From: Vermamoeba vermiformis
Lineage: Eukaryota
Reading direction: 5' to 3'
Assembly (NCBI GenBank): GCA_045837725.1
Contig: JBEWZL010000166.1
Span: 248,001-312,000, forward strand
Length of the DNA: 64,000 nucleotides
The notes beneath the pieces were generated by a model. That model ran no database searches. It was given only the letters and a program-made list of their open reading frames with translations, and was not told the origin of the DNA. This document shows positions 42,353 to 55,973 of the stretch, piece after piece (positions within the stretch are counted from its first letter, which is position 1; the number at the start of each line of letters is the position of its first letter). The translations under genes were made by a program, and so were the position numbers.

Positions 42353-42676
42353 CACGGCTGAAGTGACTCGTTGCTAATCAATAGATATAACTCTTCGCTA
42401 GTGCAGCTTGAAGAAAAACGCTAATTTTGGATAATTTTCGAACCCTTGTAATTGTAAAAAATGATTGTAAAAATAGATTTTTGGTACGATCTGCAGCGTC
42501 TAGTTTAAGAATTAGCCATTTCAATTCACATACTTAGCTCTTTAAATACAACAAGATAAGCGTATACTGTACACATCTGCCGCCTCGTGCAAGGTTCAAA
42601 TTAATAAAATTTCAAACTGCAAATTATTGTTTTAGGCAAGAGAACAAACACAACACCTCCAATTACAATAACACAA

Positions 42677-42907
42677 ATGGGCAGTAGGTTCACTTCAACT
42701 ACAGATGCTCAAGAATACGTCATAACTTGTTTTGCGGCTGACGCCCCCTACGTTCAAGATCTGTTGCGTAGTAAAGGGATCAAGCTTTGTAGTGAGGTGG
42801 AGCTAAACGGAAAAGTATCGATGGTAGTACTGTCTCCTTTTGATTTGCAAAGCCTGAATCTCCCTCCAGAGACAAATGTGCGTAGACCAGTCCTGTGCAG
42901 AGCGTGA
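42677..42907 (+). CDS. Small hypothetical protein (76 aa)
   Basis: Intronless ORF with A-rich ATG context (cacaaATG), AT-rich flanks and globular-like composition. No family recognised. Confidence 0.45.
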   Translation: MGSRFTSTTDAQEYVITCFAADAPYVQDLLRSKGIKLCSEVELNGKVSMVVLSPFDLQSLNLPPETNVRRPVLCRA

Positions 42908-43104
42908 CGTGATGTAAATTTTGCTTGGATCTATTGCTACTTGCAATATTGTAATATATTAGTAAATATAGAAATTACTCTTTTCCCAAGCAGCTGCAAT
43001 GTTACAAAAACTGAATTCGTAAAACTCGCCTACAAAAAATTTGCCTCTCTTTTCGTGCTAAACGACTAATTTATTTAAAAGAAAACAACCCAGATGAAGT
43101 GGGT

Positions 43105-43998
43105 TTACAAGTCCAATCCCATTTGAGCCTTGAGGGCCAAAGCCACCTCGCTCAAAGTGTCAAAATCAGTCGACACGCTGACTGGACGCCACTCCTCGAG
43201 CTCAGCCATCTGATCTCTCTTCTTCTTGATGATGCCAATGACTGAGTCCTCGCCCAGAGGAAGGCGAAGAGGAGGTTTGGCGGACTCGATGACCTTGTGA
43301 ATGGCTGCAGCGGCTTTCCAAGGGTTGCCAGGCTCGTGACCTTTGAGACTTTGACCGATCTGGGCCAGGAACCCAACACTAGGAGCGTACTCGGGATGTT
43401 TCACTGCAGGTACACCCTCTTCGAAGGCACGCTCAACGAAAGCAGACTTAAACGAGCCTGGCTCAACGATGGTGACGCGCACATTGAAGGCAGCGACTTC
43501 TTTGGACAATGCTTCCGAGAGTCCTTCAATGGCCCACTTGCTGGCATGATAGAGCGAGAATCCAGGGTGCGCTGTTTGACCACCGACGGAGCTGATTTGA
43601 ATGATGTGGCCGCTCTTCTGTTGTCGCATGATTGGCAGCACTTTTCTCGTCATGTTGATCACGCCGAAGAGATTGGTGTCCATCTGTTGGTGGATCTGCT
43701 GTTCAGTGACCTCTTCCAGGGCACCGAATTGACCGTAGCCAGCGTTGTTGATCAGCACGTCAATGCGACCAAACTTCTGCACCGTCTTCTCAACTGCAGC
43801 GCTCACTGATTTGAGGTCAGTGACATCGAGTGCCAACGCTAGAGCAGTGCTAGGGAAGTCCTTCTCGAAGTTTGCGACCTTGGATACATCTCGCGCAGTG
43901 ACGACGACTTTCTGATTGGCTTTGAGGAAATATTCCGCGAATGAACGACCCAAACCGGTGGAGCAGCCTGTGATGAGGTAGACCTTGGAAGCAGACAT
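43105..43998 (-). CDS. Short-chain dehydrogenase/reductase (classical SDR), intronless
   Basis: TGCSTGLG, LDVT, NNAGYG, ISS, YHASK, VEPG. Confidence 0.95.
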   Translation of the reverse strand: MSASKVYLITGCSTGLGRSFAEYFLKANQKVVVTARDVSKVANFEKDFPSTALALALDVTDLKSVSAAVEKTVQKFGRIDVLINNAGYGQFGALEEVTEQQIHQQMDTNLFGVINMTRKVLPIMRQQKSGHIIQISSVGGQTAHPGFSLYHASKWAIEGLSEALSKEVAAFNVRVTIVEPGSFKSAFVERAFEEGVPAVKHPEYAPSVGFLAQIGQSLKGHEPGNPWKAAAAIHKVIESAKPPLRLPLGEDSVIGIIKKKRDQMAELEEWRPVSVSTDFDTLSEVALALKAQMGLDL

Positions 43999-44587
43999 TT
44001 CGCAATGATTAGTAGTTGATGGTGTTATTTGTTGTTGTTTGTAGTGATATTGGTTAACAACGTCTTCGGCCAGGGCCTTAAATGTGTTAGGGGCGGAGAA
44101 ATGGCGAATTAATTTTAACTGCCGAACTTCCATTTGTCCGCATCACTTCGTAACTCGTAACGGTAGATTTCGCAGCAATTTTTTTGTACGACCGCCTATC
44201 CAAACAGGTTGCAACGGATGCAGGAGTCCAAGTCCGTGGCATCAACGAAACTGAGTAAGCTCGAAATTAGCTGTTAAGGCGTCAAATTAAATCTTTCGGG
44301 TACAACGAAATGAATAGCTTGAGTGGAGATGAATGACGCTCAATTGAGCTTCCAATCTGGGCCCAGATCCAAACAAGTAGATGGGTCAAGCCTTACCAGC
44401 AATTATTTAACGCTAGAACGCTGAAGCCGTAGGGACAAACGCTGCTTGGCAATACCTTGACGCACATTACTCTGCAAACCGGCTCAAAGAAAGAAATTTA
44501 AGTTGAATCATCGAGCGGATGTTAGTTCGGATGTATGGATCAATTGTAAGACGTAAAGTTCGTTTACTTACGATACTATAAGCAACA

Positions 44588-46558
44588 CTATTCGTTAATC
44601 AAAACGGGCTTGGGCTTGCGTTTTCGACTCTCAGTGACCGCGAGCACGAGATCAATGATGAGATTGAGGAACATGAGCGAGGCAGCAATGAGATACGTCT
44701 CTTGATAGCACGCAATGCCGTAGCACTGGTGACTCGGGTCATTGGGCTGCACGTGTGAGTCGTACAACTTGCCAGCCAAGATGCCTAGCCCAGCTGAACT
44801 GATGCCCTGCAAGATACATACCATTAGCACTGATCGATACATCCATAAAAGTAGTGCTTACAGAAGCAGTGATAGCACCGATGTTCGAGCCGTGATATTT
44901 GTCGCCAAAGTAATAGTTGAGCAACACGTTGTACGCGGGCCATGAACCTGTGCCACAAATGACACGTGTCAGAATACAGTACCTTTGAAGGGTTACATTA
45001 GTGTACCTCCGTAAGAGATGGCAATGGTAATAGTGCAGATCAGTAGTGTCAAAAAGTGATCGAAGAAAGCTAGCGCGATGAATGACAGCATGATGATGAT
45101 GTGCGGCACGAGAATGGACAAGGCTAGCGGCATTTTCTTTTGACTACTCACGACAGTTAAGTTCATTCTATGCAATAATATAGTGTACTAAATAGGACTT
45201 ACATGAGATCGATGATACCTCCCATAATAAGTCGTCCTAATAAATTAGCCAAGGAAAGAATGGTCACTAAAGTCGGTGCGGCCAATTCCGTGATTTTCCA
45301 AGCCTTATGCGCGGATCCAACAGTTGTAATGAAGAGATAACCAACCTAATATTATTGTAGGTTAATATTAAGCCATTTATGTAGATCTGGTACTTACGCC
45401 AACAGTGAATGAAAACGAGAAAAACATGCAGTAAAACTGCGGTGAAACTAACAATTTTAGACCTCCAACTACGCCATATAATCCTACGCGACCAGCACTA
45501 GGTACTTCAGTATTATTTGAAGCGTCTGTAGGGCTCGACAGTAACGGCTTGGATTCGCTGTCCTCAGTCCGTAACGAGACCTTAAAATGGTTAGGAGTGG
45601 TTAATATAATACAACTACATACTGGTTGCATAAAAACAGCGGCAAGTACTGCCAAGGAACTGAGAACAATTGCCATCGTCAAGAAAAACCCGATCAGATT
45701 CGCTCCGTCCTTGGTTTTAAAAAACAAATCGTAAATAATGCTTATTACGGCAGCACTTATTCCAAATCCACCGAATACAGCACCACTGACCTAAAGAAGG
45801 GTTAAGTACTTAATCGTTCGAATGCACAAGATCTTACTTTGCCTCGATGTTTTGTCGCCCAGTTCTTAGTATTTGTGACGACAGCACTAAATACGCAGCA
45901 GGATGTACCAAGAGCTAGTCATTAAATGAGCTTTAAATATTTTCGTAATGAGATCCATTTACGTACTGACTGTAGCATAAAACAAACCGACGATAATAGG
46001 TGATTGAGTAATAAGACCAAGAAGTGACGCGCGCAATAAGAAAAATCCACCTATTTGATTTGATTTGAGTTAGTTTGACGTAGGTCTTGTTGGTCGATCT
46101 GGATCTTACCGAACAAAAGCAATGCTCCAACACCTGTCGTTGGTCTTGGACCAAGCTTATCGTAAAAAAAACCAATCGGAACCGAGAAGATGAACCTACA
46201 ATCATTTTGAATTAGCTTCTCCAAGCGAGTTTACAACTAAAAGTTTACAACTACACGGATGCAGAGAAAATAATATTGTTACTTACGATCCCAAATTGCC
46301 AATAGAGCTAACAGTATTAATATTTGTTTCGGTGTAGTTTAACTGCTTTTTCAATTCGACCGAGTACGCACCAAAAGCATACGTTACGCCTAAACAAACC
46401 ATCATCATTATTCATTGTAATATTACAATATAATAAAATATAATATCATTATAGGATATTTATATACTATCATTAGTCTCGTATCACTTACCCATGCCGA
46501 GAGTGAGCAAAACACCCGTGAGTAGCGAGATCACTCGCCAAGCTGTACCAGTGGCCAT
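44588..46558 (-). CDS. MFS transporter, nodulin-like/Mch1 (NFD4) family
   Basis: YAFGAYSVELKKQLNY, NTKNWATKHRGK, GFGISAA, YFGDKYHGSN, CYGIACYQET. Many TM segments. Confidence 0.85.
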
Positions 46559-46760
46559 TAAATTAGACTTGGTAATACTCGTCGAGGCTAGGGACAAATA
46601 ACTATCATAATGATTACAAACTTATTTTTCGGTTTCGCGTAATAAAATTACTCCTGATTGCATACCTATAAAATACTTGCCAAATTTGGTAACTCGGGCA
46701 CACTGTAACACAGCAATGCTTCAACCGACGATGAATCTTGCCGCCTTAGCTTCATGTTGA

Positions 46761-49700
46761 TTAAGGGAAGGCAATATTAACGAGTTTTTCGGCCAGATCT
46801 CGACACTGAGCACTTTGATCCATGTTCGCTATGGTTTGCAACAGAGTACGGGTCTGAAGTATAGTAGCGTCATTGTCGAATAATGAAGACAGTCCTGCTT
46901 CGACTGTAAATAGTGCTCCCAACAACTTAAGACCTCCAAATCGGACCTAGATCAACATTAAGTACGAGGGACTATACTAGGGCCCTGTATTACCTCCGCA
47001 GCACTGTCCTTGCATGCAGCCACACTAATCGCTAGGAGATCTTTGAATGCAGGAACTAAACGATCTTTGGCTTGGTACACGAGTGTGAATAAAAACTACA
47101 ACCAGTTACTTAAAATCGTAAAAATGTTGTTTGAACGTACCTGCAAATAGGAGGACTTCAAAGGCACATTCGACGATGCATAAAAAGCCTTTTCAGCGGG
47201 CGCTAAGACAACATTGGTCAATTTGTCCACGGCACTCGGCGTCAACATCTTCAACGAGCTGATGAATGCGTTCACAACACAGATCTTGAACTGCGTGTCA
47301 ATTTGCACATTAAGCAGCGTCTGCTTGGTGTTCGTGAAGACATTGACAAGGGATGTTAACTTGTTGGTGAAGTGCACTTTGTTCTGTGACACCTGATCCG
47401 AGTCAGTTGTTGGAAGGTCCGTGATCTCTTCAATCTTCGGCTTCTGAGTGGCACTGACACCCGGCACAATGCTGCTCGGAATGGCGTCGAGGGCTGTTTT
47501 GATGAATATGCCCAAACAGTCTATGCAGCCCATTTGCAACTTCTGCACTTCCGCATCGGTGGCGGGTATTGTCAGTGGTCTCTGAATCAATTCGAACAAC
47601 GTGTCAAATGTCTGACTGGCCTCAATTGATGTGCCATGCAATAGCAATATGTGACACGTGCTGTAAATCAATGCCTTGGTCTGCTTCACATTGTCTAGCG
47701 TCATCATTCGAGACCTATGCATTGATCGTTAGGGTCGCTTCCAAAGTACATTTCCCACAACACTTACTGCAACTCTTGCACGATTAACGGCATCGTCAAA
47801 GTTGGTGGACATTTGCCAAGTGTTTCTGCAGACAACTTGCGCACGTCATCGAACTCGAGATCGGCAAGGATTCTAAGTTAGTAGTGTTAGTGCCTTGCAT
47901 AACTTGCGCGAGTGGTTACCTTTCAAGCAATGAATCAATCAGTTTTGGCTCGTCAACAGCAATATTCTCAAACGACTTGACAGACAACGTTCGCAACACT
48001 AACAACGGAGCCAATCGATCGAAGATCATGTTTTGCAGTACAAATGAGTCCGATTCGGTTAACATTTTTTCGTCAACTCTGAAATATTATCTTTAGCTCG
48101 TATTATGCAATCGGCTGTACCTACCTTTGCTGTATTTGCATTCGATTCTGCAACAGAGGGAATATTACTGTAGGATAGTTTGAGAAGTGCAGTGACAGAC
48201 TTGAGATGAATTTGACGGTCAAGTTGTCTGACGGCATGGCAAATAATCGTGCGAGTGTCTTGTCAATCAATTCGGGCCACACTGACTCGGGTGCTTTGTC
48301 AGCCCATTGTGACAGCAGTTGAAACAATCGCTCGGCAATGTCGTATTTGACTTCTACACGAACGTTAATATCTTCATAAAGAGCTATTGTTAGCACTTAC
48401 TTTGTTCAACAGGCTGTGCTGGACCACCAAACAAACTGTTCGGGTCCACCACACTCGATTTGGTTGGTTCACTGGCACGCCTGCAGTTTGAATGTGAGAC
48501 AACCGCGCGTCATCTAAACAATACGTACTTGGCGCAATCGAGCACGACGAGAATGTAATTGGCATTAGCGGTGCCTGTGAGGAGGTTCACAAGCGCTTTC
48601 TCGGCTGCAGAACGTGTTTTGACATTGGTGCTCGTGGTCATATCGATCAACTTCGGGATTATAAATTCAGGCTCTACGCATGGTTAGAACTAGCTACGTG
48701 TGTATTATCAAGCTGTACCTAATTGACTGAACAATGTCGCAGCGTGCACTCGCGAAGTCAATTCTTCGTCTGACAGCCTCGTCAATAATTCTTGCGCTAT
48801 GATTTCGCTTCAAATATGTTAGTTATGAGAAAACAGGTACCATCAACTCCTCTTACTTGACTTTTTTGTTCTCGAATGCGATTCTCTTCTGCAATCTGAA
48901 TACTTCGGACAACACATTCAGCACTTGATTTCTCTTTGCAGCGCTGTCTCCGTCCAGTACAGTGAACAGCGCATTCAATCGATTGGGCATACTGTGGAAT
49001 GTGAGAAATATCGTCACAATATATATATATTATATGTTGGTGCTTACTTGACTAGCAGTTGAGCGATCAATGCTACGACAGCCTTATTGATATCTCCAGC
49101 GTCCTCGAGCATCAACAGCAAATTGTCCAATAGACCAGCAGTCTGATGCGGTTAGATCCTATGAGTTAAAATAATAGCATTGTCTTACATCAATATTAGG
49201 ACAGCTCGGGATTAAGACCTGAATCAGATTGACGGCTAGCTCTTGAATGGGAGGGTACTTGCGATTGATCTTTAAACGGAAAATTAGAACGACTCGGTCA
49301 TATATCCGTGTACGTACCAATGGCAACAAGGTGTCTAAAAATGACTTCTCAAGCACAGACATGAGCTTGGCAATGTTATTTTGTTTGTACTTTCCAACAA
49401 TCAATCCAATACACACTAACACTCGCGTGTTGTGTTCATTTGCCGCTGCTTCTTGGTGCTTGCTACGTGCACCAGACTAAACTTCGTTAGATCATAATTG
49501 ACCACAATAATAGAGACATACCTGTAACGTTGACAACAACGAGTTCAACTCCTTGTAAATGTTCTTCTTGACGTACGCATTGTCTTCCATCAAGTACGGT
49601 GAGAACATGGCCCACGTGACGGTCAATACTCGTTCTAGGTCTTCTTTGTCTATGAGATACATTAGCATATTTAAGTAATGGAAGCACTCGTTTTGGTACC

Positions 49701-50955
49701 TTCAGGATCAGTCAGAGTTGCGTAAACTCGATTGATGTTGTTGAGAATATTTTTGATGTGCGTCAAACACACGGTAAACAACGGTCGATGTTCTTCGTAC
49801 CACTGCATAAATAACGTATTGATTAGTTATAGTGGACGCTATTGATAGCATGGACTAACCGCTATCAACTGTTGAATGAATTCAAGCAGCTTGGGAACAT
49901 TTGAAATGAACTGTGCTTGTTTCTTCAGCTCATCTAATCAACATATTAGCAACAATTGTTATTCTAAGCAATGCACGGCATACCTTTCGGCACATCGTTA
50001 TTATCGAGCAAGTCCTCATTCTCGTCCTGATCTTCGAGCAGAGTGTTGTACGAGGCTATCGCGAGTGCATAAGCCAGCGAGGAGAAACAATCAGCAGCCG
50101 TCACTGTCAACATGGTGGCTTGACTTTTGTTGTCTGATGTTTTGACACCGTCATTCACGACACACTGCAAGAGTGGCGCGAGGAACATCTTGAATGAAAT
50201 GAGCTGCGTGATCATCGAGCTGTGAATTCGTGGCAATTTGAATCCCATGGCAGGGGCCTCCTCTTCTACTTCGCTAATCAATTTGGATGTTTTTTCTTTC
50301 CTTTTCTTTTGTTTGTTTGACACGTTGAGCGAGGTGTCAATTAACGTGCGAAGAATTGAGACTGCTCCGAGCTTGGCTTTCTTGTCTGAACTCTTCATCT
50401 GTACTATGAATTCATTTGCTACTAATAGATCGTGCTTTTCATAGAGCCAATTGATTATTCTTGTAATTGGCGCAGTATTGTCAGCTTGAGTGGATTTTGA
50501 GGCCTGGATCTCGGTCAGAAGGACTGCTTTCTTTGGTTATTTACGTACCCTCTCAAATAAAGATGACATGATAGTATGCATAGAAGTCGGCTTCGCATTT
50601 ACACTCAAGTGAAGGGACCAAAGAGATTGAACGAGTGGATCTGAAAATTTTATCAGACAGAATATTTTTAAAAATTCATTCTTAGGCGCACGCTAAAAGA
50701 GTATTATGCTTGCAAATTATAAAACAATATTAAATAATTTGGCTTCCAGTATGAATTGAGATCCGTATATTTACTAAAATTACCTGAATACTCATGCTGC
50801 TTCGATAATGCTACGTTGAAATCACGTTCTTCGCAGGATAATAAAATTAATAGGGCCTTTCCAATAGACAACCGAGGCATGCTATCAAGAGAGTCTTGGA
50901 TCAAGTTGGTCGATCTGGAAGACACGTCCGACGGCTCCCTCCATTTGATATCCAT
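46761..50955 (-). CDS. Large uncharacterised HEAT/ARM-repeat protein
   Basis: Exons traced in frame from ATG 50955. Helical repeats such as IFDRLAPLLVLR, EFDDVRKLSAETLGK and VRFGGLKLLG. TAA at 46761. Confidence 0.75.
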
Positions 50956-51028
50956 CTTATGATCTAATAGTTGTCATATATGTTCACGAGGCGACACGTT
51001 ACAATCGACAATGAAATAATATATAGGA

Positions 51029-52838
51029 ATGAATTTGAGCGGGATCTCAAGTTTAATTGCGAGTCGTTCAAAAAAAGCACAGAAAGCCAATATTTTCAAT
51101 TTTGAATTAATGACAACAATGAAAGACAATTTTGGAATAGAAATATCTACTAATAACGCGGAATGTGTTGAATGGATTAGCAAATTCAATATAGATGTGA
51201 TCAGGTATTCAAAAGAGTTCATCGGACACCTTAAGAAGGCTCGCGAATGCGACCCATCGTGCATAACACCAAGAATATTCCTGGCGTCATTGTAAGTTAA
51301 CTGTTCACTGATAATTAATTAAAGTAACGCTTCACTGAAGCGGCGTACAGATTTACAAATTAATCAATAATTATCTAAAATTCCCTTTCAAATATTCGAA
51401 TAATTTTTAAATGTAATTATTTAGTCGTGAGACGAAAAGAAAAATGTCCGAGAAGGCAGAAAAACTGAAGAGAAAGATAGATCAAGGAATATACAGCGCC
51501 AACGAGCGTGAACGGCTAATATTGGATGGGTTATCTGCCTTTGGAATTGAAGATAATGAAAGAGCTGCACAGATCCACTTAGAGGTACGGAGAATTTCAA
51601 TTTGTGCTCAAAAATATCTAATCGATGCCAGATCGTATCAAAATATCCTACAGACCTGTACTCCGTTAAGCGCGGTCAAATCTGCGCTTTTTATGCCTGC
51701 AATCCTGACCTAATGTTTGCAATTGCGGAGAAAGCGTACAATTTCAATCCAGATCAGCCTTATCTCAAAGCAATGTATGCTTTTGCTCTCGGCGAGGTAT
51801 TTACCCAACTTCATGCAATTGCTCTTAATCTAACAATATTGATAGACCGGCAAAGTTGATGAAGCGGAAAAAATCGCACGACTAGCCTTGAAAGAAAATG
51901 AATCGGATCCGTGGGGTCATCACGCACTCGCACATTGTTTGCTCGGTCAGGGCAAAGCTAGGTATGGTACCAACACCATAATATTACTCTACCATGCATT
52001 GACACTCACAACAGGGAAGGTGCAGACCTACTGAAGAACATGAGTCATCACTGGGATGGCTTAACCTCGTTCATGTACACGCACAACTGGTGGCACTTGA
52101 CTCTCGTAAGTTTGATATTGAATGGCGTGATTGTAGACTAACTTTGACTTGTAGTTCTACAGCGACCTCTGCGAGCCCGTGGATAAAATATTGGAGATTT
52201 ACGACAAGCGACTGTGGACTTGCAACAAGAACTGCGAGCAAGATCAATTCAACGTGTCACTACTGCTCGTTGGACTCGATGTGCACGATGTGTGCTGTGA
52301 CGTTGAACGTATGAAAGAGCTCGCTGAGTACCTCACTGTTGAAGACACGTGGCACATTGAATTCGTGTTGGACTTGATGATCGTGTACATCTTCGCGAGA
52401 CTGAACATGACACAGAACGTGCAGATCATGGAAGAGAGCATGAAGAAGTTTATTCGAGACTTCGGCAAGTCAGAGCAGTTTTTGACACTTTGGTTGACGG
52501 CGTCAAAAGCTATTCAATTGTACGTCGCTGGAAAGTACGCTGAGAGCGCTGCTTCGTTCGAGAAAGTCGTCGATCATGCGATTCAATTTGGAGGGTCACA
52601 GGAACAGCGCGATATCATTCAAGAACTTTATATTGCTGCGCTATCAAAGAGCGAGCAGAGGAAGCACTGGGAGCTCGCACGACAGATCTTGAACCAAAGA
52701 CTGGAAGAACGACGCGTGCCTCTGCGGCTGAAACAACTTGCTATCGTAGAAGAGAAACTTGGCGAAAGTTCAAATGGACTACCTAAAGACCGAGGGTTAA
52801 AAACAGATCGCGATCAGATTCTGGATCGTGAACCGTAA
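51029..52838 (+). CDS. TTC38: Tetratricopeptide repeat protein 38-like
   Basis: YLKAMYAFAL, DPWGHHALAH, FMYTHNWWHLTL, GGSQEQRDII. Confidence 0.85.
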
Positions 52839-52971
52839 AACCACGCAATTGTAAATAAAATCAAGTATTTAATCGTAAACAGAAATTGCAATCACTTTTG
52901 TGCGTTTGTGTACGAATACCCGCAAGATTAAAGCGTTGCACAAGTTTTCATTTCATTTTTTGTTTGCAATC

Positions 52972-55330
52972 ATGGATTCACCCACAACCGTCCGAAGACC
53001 GAGCTTCACCACTGTCTACCCTAAGGGAGTGCAGTTGAGCGAGACCACCATCGCCGTGATGGAGAAGATGCGCAAAAAGCGCACTGCGATCACTTTCGAC
53101 GAGATTACACTTGAAGACAAGCCTTCAGATCTTCATCCCAATGATGTCTCGTTGAAATCCTTCGTCACTCGCAAGATTGCTTTGAAGGTACGGATTCAAC
53201 TGGAAGCTTTTCGGAATAATTTAAAAACTTTCAATCTGATCCAAATGTATTCTAACACTTTATTAAGGGAGCCGGTTTATTGAGCGCTGCTATGGATACC
53301 GTGACTGAAGGTACCTAACGTTGACCAATAATATAATTTTTGAGAAAGTCAGAAAAGTCTCAAAGTGTTGTTTGATGGATCGTCATTTTCATATTTATTA
53401 GATAAAACGAAAAATATAATAGAATTGTTAATTGTTGCTCTACTATTGAATTTTGGTATAATCAACTTTTACGCCGCATTTCTAATAGTATTTTAGGTCC
53501 TCTTGCCTTGGCGATCGCACGAGTTGGAGGTAACAAGTTTAAACGTGGGCTAAAGAATGTAAAAAATAATTTTATAAATAGGAATGGGTATCCTGCATCG
53601 AAATATGGACCCGAAAACTCAAGGTATTGCAGTAAACGTGTCACGATCTACTTTGTGTACTAATTTTATTGTTAAACTCAGCTTCGATGGTTAAATGGGT
53701 GCGCAGAAAGGTTCGTATTAATAACTTATGTTATTAATATATGCTAACGTCACAAATAGATCCACTACCGCGGCATGATTGACAATCCCATCACTTACAC
53801 GCCTGATTTTACCTTGTCTGCCTTCCAAAAAGACGTTACTTCAAGAGGCTTTACTTTCACCAGGTACTATTTCTAACTAATATTGCTCGCGAAACTCTCT
53901 GCTGACGTCGTTCTAGTTTTCCGATTGTCGATGACAACGGTCTTCTTTTGGGCCTGTTGACTCGTGATGAACTTGACTTTGTCGAAGAAGGTGACCCTAC
54001 TCTTAGAGTACGTATATCTTGCGTTATTTAATTGCGACTGGAATGCTGATCACTCGACAGGTCATTATGAAGCCCCGTGCCATTGTCATCACTGCCCCTG
54101 AAGGCACTACCACCGAACAAGCATACACCATCATGAAGCAACAGAAGGTCAAGAAGTTGCCTATTGTCAACAAGGAGGGTCATCTTGCTGGCATGTACGT
54201 GTGGAACGACGTGCGTGAAGATCAAGAGAAACACAATTCCTTCTCACTCGATGAGGAAGGTCACTTCTTGGTCGGTGCTGGTGCGTACCTTTATTTCAGT
54301 AATATGGTGCAATGTATTGACGTCCGATTAGCTGTTGGTCTTGGTGCTGCTGATCTCGAACGAGTTGACTTGCTCGTGGAAGTTGGCTGCAAAGTCATTG
54401 TCTTGGACAGCTCTCACGTACGTCCCACTTTATACTGCACAAGTAACGTGCTCACTTGTAATGACTAGGGTGCTTGCCAACCTGCTCGCGAACAAATCAA
54501 GCGCATTAAACAGAAGCACGGCGACAAGATTGAACTCATTGTCGGCAACATCGCATCGTACGACTCAGCCATGTACTTGCTCTCTGGCGAGTTCAAGCCC
54601 GACGCATTGAAGGTCGGCATTGGTCCAGGTTCAATTTGCACTACTCGCAGTGTTACGGGCACTGGTGTTCCTCAAGTCACAGCTGTCTATGAAGTGTGGC
54701 GTGCTATTCGTGACTACGGTGAGAAGACTGGCTACTACGTTCCTATTATTGCCGATGGTGGTATCAGAACCTCTGGTGATATTGTCAAGTGTTTCGCTGT
54801 TGGTGCTACTGGTATCATGCTTGGATCTGTCTTCGCTGGTACTGCTGAAGGTATGCTGATGAATAGTCCTACCTCTTTATATAATTCTAATCATATTATC
54901 AGCTCCTGGTCAAGTCATCGTCAAGGACGGAAAGAAATACAAGTTCATTCGTGGTATGGGATCTCGTAGTGCTATGGAAGAACGCAGTGGCTCTCGCATC
55001 AGATACGATAGACAAACTAACAAGGCTACTGGTGAGCTCTTAACAAGCAAAGAAAAAGAAAAGATTGTACCTGAAGGTGTTGAAGGCCTCGTTGAGTTCA
55101 AAGGCAGTACGTACCAATTACGTAACTCTCATTACATCAACTCACTCACCATTATTATTTTAGGCGTCGATAAGGTCATGACTACTTACTTGGGAGGCAT
55201 TCAAGCTGGTTTGTCTCATACTGGAGCTGTTGATGTTCCGACATTCTCAAATAAGGCTTCGTTCTGGTTCCAAAGTACCGCGGGTATTGTTGAAGGTCGA
55301 CCTCATGATATCCAAGATATTCGTAACTAA
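52972..55330 (+). CDS. IMPDH: Inosine-5'-monophosphate dehydrogenase with a CBS pair (bacterial-type signatures), 11 introns
   Basis: [58 protein letters not shown]. Confidence 0.95.
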
Positions 55331-55495
55331 GCTATGTAAATGAACATCAATAAAAATTAGCGCGCCTTTAGAAAATTTGACTGTCAAATTTTTCCATTTT
55401 TGCCACTCAAAACCGTCCATTTTAGGACTTCGGTACGTGTAACAAGTAGTAACTTAAATTATTGCTGAAGTCAACATAAGAACTCAATATTTATA

Positions 55496-55973
55496 ATGGC
55501 TGACGAAAAAGAAAAGAAAGTCGCACCGAACGATCCCAATGCCCCTATTATTACCGTCAGGCTGGTACCGCAAGATGGAACGGTGCGTAGTCAAGAGAAT
55601 ATTATTACTAAAAAATTATATTTCTTTATTATAATCATTCCTCGATAGCAACTCCTCTAAATAGCTAATTTATTAGGGCAACCTCGAAATCCGAGCAAAA
55701 ACCGCTACAAAAATTGAGCGTCTGATAAATGCTTTCGCAACGCAAAGAAAGATTGTCAATTCATCTGTCCGTTTTGTCTTTCAAGGCCAGAGACTAAGAG
55801 AAAATCAGACACTGGAAGAAGTACAAAACCGTTCCATCCGTTTCGCGAAAACCTATTTTCGATTGCGAATACCGCGCCCTTAGTATCTAATGGTGTCTTA
55901 TTTTTTCTAGATTGGATTAGTCGACGGAGATCAAATCGACGTTCTTTTGGAGCAAGTTGGAGGCGGATGGTAG
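55496..55973 (+). CDS. SUMO-like ubiquitin-fold modifier (divergent)
   Basis: Three exons encode ...VRFVFQGQRLRENQTLEEIGLVDGDQIDVLLEQVGGGW*. The di-glycine is followed by a short extension. Missed by the ORF track. Confidence 0.85.

Noticed and set aside
44140-44560. Relatively GC-balanced intergenic stretch with the palindrome ATCTGGGCCCAGAT
   Set aside because: No recognisable tRNA, snRNA or snoRNA motifs; most simply the SDR upstream region and MFS 3' UTR.
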